From assembly GCA_000320545.1 (NCBI GenBank), contig ADNK01002880.1:1-55017 (forward strand): 55,017 bases of DNA. The letters run 5' to 3'. The notes under the pieces are model-generated. The model was not told where the DNA came from and searched no databases. It worked only from the letters and a program-made list of their open reading frames with translations. The position numbers were made by a program, and so were the translations under genes. The DNA is from Bigelowiella natans CCMP2755 (lineage: Eukaryota > Protista > Cercozoa). The first letter of the stretch is position 1; each line of letters opens with the position of its first letter. This document shows, one piece after another, positions 51,512 to 55,017 of the stretch.

Positions 51512-52460
51512 CTAGAACCCATCACGAGCCGGCGTGATGTCATGTCTAGATGTCTAGGTGTGCCTAGCGTGCTAGCGTGTCGATCTAGCTATGTGTGCAC
51601 GATTGCTTCAGTTTCCCCATCTTCGTGCGCCATGATTTAGAACGCGGCCTCCGTCTTGACCCAGCCACTTGATGAAATCCATTACACGTCATACATTCTA
51701 GCATTGTTGCATTCTAGCATCATGTGCATATCCTGTTGGCTCGCATATATTAATGTGACGATCATTGAATTAGCTTTCCATGAATGCAACTACCTAGACT
51801 ACTGTAAACAGCTAGATGGAATGCGGTTGCACAAGCTAGCAAGCATCAGTCTTCAATCGATCTAGTGTTGTATGTCGACGTCGTCAGAACAAAACACAGC
51901 TAACACACACTAATAATGTGAGACGGGTGAAATGAATCAAATTAAATATGTTCAATAATCATCTTCATGTAACTGTGCAATTCAGCCAAGCTAGCTAGCA
52001 GCGGCTACAGCGCTAATGGCGAATCTGTTGGACTATAGACATTGTTTGGTCTCCACTACTAATGCTAGAATCATGGCGAGAACACATCACGTACACGCCT
52101 GCGACGCTCGACCCGCCCTCGTTGTTCTTGTACAATGCTTGACTAAGCATTATAGCTAGCAAGCTATGGACACATGCTAGCATGTCACAGATCATCGCTA
52201 GGATGTGTTAGCGCGTGTCGCATGGTTGTACATGCTAGCATGACCAAACTACATGCACTACTAGACTAGTATAAGTGCGCGCATTTGTTGCTTCATATGC
52301 TAACATCGCGCACAGCAAGATTTCTAGACTAGTCTAGATTTCAAGATTTATTGCGATTCTGCGCTATCTAGCTATTATGCCACACATGCTGCTACAGCTA
52401 CGCGCTGCATATAATTGTATGGCATTCTAGCATTGTGCAATGCATGTGGCCATCTGAATA
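51512..52460. other. CTAG/CATG/TGCA-rich intergenic block (similar blocks at about 5800-6500, 10680-11100, 14900-15360, 23630-24370, 44780-45400)
   Basis: Dense GCTAGC, GCATGC, ATGCAT and ACTAGT words visible by eye, unlike exons, introns or promoter gaps. Confidence 0.6.
51919..52011 (+). repeat. Degenerate dispersed repeat, copy B
   Basis: Same blocks in the same order as 23674-23749, with a 16-nt insertion (TTCAGCCAAGCTAGCT) before an identical 15-mer AGCAGCGGCTACAGC. Confidence 0.7.
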
Positions 52461-52659
52461 ATAAACATTCAAAGCTGCAACTAAGACATTCCGCATGATA
52501 ATAGTATTCACGACCAAAGTGCATAATGTAACAATTCAGGACCTTACGTTGTACATATATATATATATATATATATATAGGTTGTATGTGTATAAGAAAG
52601 CTGGAAAGGTCTATGAAATCGCCCACGCAACGTTGGGAAAAGTCCTTAATTTGTTTCTC

Positions 52660-53015
52660 TTATGAGTTCTTCGCATCCGCTAGGGCATCCGACACGGAAG
52701 CTGCAATGGTGTTCTCATTCGCGTTTGGCAGATAATAGTATTTCCCCTGCGCCGCCTCCGCTATTTTCTTCGTGATTCCTGATGGGAAATAACGAGTTCA
52801 GAATACACGATGCTGTGGGAGATCTGTAACAGCCATCCGCCCTTAACATGCCGCGCAATGTCGCGCGATCGATGAGGAGCAAGGAAACCTACCTGTCGAG
52901 ACGAATTGATTCTCCGAGTCGATTACTAGCAGCTGCATGCCCAGCGCCCCAACCTGTATCCAACAGAGAGAGAACAGCATGATGCACGAGAAAGAACGAG
53001 AAAGAAAGAGAAAAT

Positions 53016-53061
<46 letters not shown>

Positions 53062-53438
53062 AGTAATGGGGGGGAGGAGACGTACACAAGAGAGCGGCTA
53101 CATACAAAATTGCGGTGGTGTTTTCGCACATGTTTTTAGGGCGATAAAACGCATAGATACACTGATTTTCGAACCTGTTTGGCCATCTCCAGCACCTCCT
53201 CATTGAGCTCGTCTTTCGTAGGTTTCTTTGGATCCTCCCCGATATATTCAGGGTCCTCTGCGATCAATAACCAGGACAAGTATTGGGAGGGAAAGGGGGC
53301 GGGATTGGATTGGGTGAATATCTGTTCATTTGTTTTCCTTATCAACTTCCTAAAAAAATCAGCCGCGCATCGATATATTGCCACAATCCTTTCACCGACG
53401 ATACGAGGAATACGTAAAGTGCATTCTCTCATATATGT

Positions 53439-53474
<36 letters not shown>

Positions 53475-53583
53475 AATGCTACTACCGTTCGAAACGCCCA
53501 GGGGCACATTGGCTCTCCCGTCCGTTACACAGACCACCATCACTCGGCTGGTGTCGCCTACACACATGGGCAAACGCACGCAT

Positions 53584-53623
<40 letters not shown>

Positions 53624-54027
53624 GACAGACATAATCAAAACCCTACTGAGAGCATTTGGTGGTGATTTGTAGTAGTAAATTTAAAAAAACAAAAACCGGG
53701 ATTATCTGCCCAATGACGACAATAGCGATCTTGCATCGGAATACAAGATGCCGCCCCCCCCCCCCTCCCCCCCCTTCTCTCTCCGCCGTTTCCTAAATAA
53801 CCAACCACCTGAGCTCATAGCGTTCAGCCCCGTCCGCATCGCAACTTCCAAGGCGTGGGCGAGGGGAGACCCTCCGCCGCACCTGTTCGGATGGAAAAAA
53901 ACGAAAAGGTTTGAGTTCGGGGAAGGGTGGCATGTGGTGGGAAGTATGCTTACGGAAGTGTTTCGAGACGATTCGTGGCCATGGCTACCGACTTGGAAGG
54001 GGGGAGGAGCACCTAAATAGAAATTCA

Positions 54028-54066
<39 letters not shown>

Positions 54067-54354
54067 GCAGCAGCAATAGTAAGTCATCAGGACGGGGTAT
54101 TTCTCCTTCGTACGCGGCGCCGTGGCGCAACAAAACGCCAGTGTGGTAGTGGCCTCCTTTTATTAATTTGCTTTCATTTGTGTCTATTTGTGTGCGTTTC
54201 TTTTTCTTTCGGCACTCTGCTCCTGGGAAGATGAAGATGCATTCTCTCTCTCTCTGGATTGGTCGGGTTACCTCCGCTTTGTTGGCGTAGAAGGGGATGA
54301 GGGCCACTTTGTCCCGCGACGTGTACGACTCAGAGAGCAGGTTGATGATAGCGC
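52660..54354 (-). CDS. chlD: Magnesium chelatase subunit D, C-terminal vWA exons; 5' part lies beyond the right edge
   Basis: GAIINLLSESYTSRDKVALIPFY..AE|VLLPPSKSVAMATNRLETLP|CGGGSPLAHAL..G|DTSRVMVVCVTDGRANV..|..EVLEMAKQ|VGALGMQLLVIDSENQFVST|GITKKIAEAAQGKYYYLPNA..AKNS* closely follows the plant/algal ChlD C-terminus. Confidence 0.95.
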
Positions 54355-55017
54355 CTGGGAGGGGGGATGATACGAAGGAGGGGGAGGAGGAGGAGGAGGA
54401 AGAAGAGGAGGGGAGATTGTTTTATCTGCTATGTGCTTTCAATACATGATCAAGTAGAGGGGGAAGGGGGGGGAGGGGAGAGAGACAGCCAAACTGTCTA
54501 CGAGAACGCAAAAATGTCCCAGCCACATCAATTCATGGGTCCCCCCGCTTCCATCTCCCCTCTTCGCGTTGCGCAAAGTGCCCCAGATCAAAAGTTGTCA
54601 ACAAAAATGTGCGCGCATTGCAGGTTTGATCCAGACGTGATGTGCAAGTTTTTTGAATTGTTTGCATTCCAATGCTCTCATTGTTGGCTTGCTTGACCTC
54701 ATCGAATTCTTTCATCTCCTCTGTCCACTAACTGACCGAGGAGAGAAGAAGTCAGTGATGCATGATTTAGCAGACCATCATTTCAGTGTTTCTGCAGGTG
54801 ATGATGCACCTCATCTTGCTCAACACGGCAGCGCAAAACTAGTCAATGTGCAAACACGTTGTTCCTGCAATCCCACCATTTGGGAGCACGAAAACCTGGC
54901 TGTGTGGCTTGACACAACATCAAGACAACTAGGCGTGGGCATTTCTTTGGAGCTTGAGCGGTCGAGTGGCATTCGAACAATTTCCTCATTCCCACGCCAT
55001 GGGCTCGGACTAAACTT

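Larger units (their letters stand above)
632..54060. repeat. Dozens of intronic microsatellites: (TA)n, (CA)n, (GA)n, (CAT)n, (TAG)n, (CAG)n and poly-G/C runs
   Basis: Examples: 632-661, 1412-1453, 2760-2822, 7164-7202, 8151-8188, 25411-25447, 39416-39462, 46190-46250, 53020-53058. Nearly all fall inside predicted introns. Confidence 0.9.

Noticed and set aside
500-54234. Many listed ORFs with IYIYIY, CVCVCV, SLSLSL, ERERER, HTHTHT or poly-L/C/S runs
   Set aside because: They are translations of intronic microsatellites or antisense shadows of real exons, not genes.
54840-54900. PKWWDCRNNVFAH resembling a hAT dimerisation WW motif
   Set aside because: Two-residue match followed by stop codons; insufficient.
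1-55017. rRNA, tRNA, CRISPR arrays, intact transposons or viral inserts
   Set aside because: No conserved rRNA or tRNA motifs, repeat-spacer arrays, transposase, RT or capsid signatures were seen. Small ncRNAs could be missed without covariance models.

Overview
This is eukaryotic nuclear DNA from an intron-rich, microsatellite-rich photosynthetic protist. A nuclear, intron-containing Mg-chelatase ChlD implies a plastid; a chlorarachniophyte-like alga is a guess from genome texture, not proven. Hand-splicing GT-AG introns gives about 14 protein genes, left to right: pyruvate kinase (-, runs off the left edge), a PH-domain protein (-), a small orphan (-), a secreted JMJD8-like JmjC protein (-), an intronless HotDog thioesterase (+), an FHA-TPR-SWIM-PADR1 protein (-), a UAA/SLC35B nucleotide-sugar transporter (+), an AlkA/MAG1-type glycosylase (-), a very large SNF2-like SF2 helicase with an N-terminal RarA/MgsA-like helical motif (-), an orphan (-), a beta-propeller/REJ/GAIN-GPS polycystin-1-like membrane protein (+), an SDR (-), an HxxxDG acyltransferase (+) and the 3' part of ChlD (-). 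The top finding is a 189-nt GTATGT...CTAG intron (25891-25703) that would join the helicase in frame to the glycosylase, giving a RarA-like/SF2 helicase/HhH-GPD glycosylase fusion close to the FHA-TPR-SWIM-PADR1 gene. Non-coding patterns include short head-to-head gaps, CTAG/CATG/TGCA-rich blocks in gaps downstream of gene 3' ends (two share a degenerate 76/93-nt repeat), and introns with 5' G-runs and 3' C-runs. No rRNA, tRNA, CRISPR array or intact transposon was recognised. All gene models were built by eye; exon boundaries need RNA-seq confirmation.
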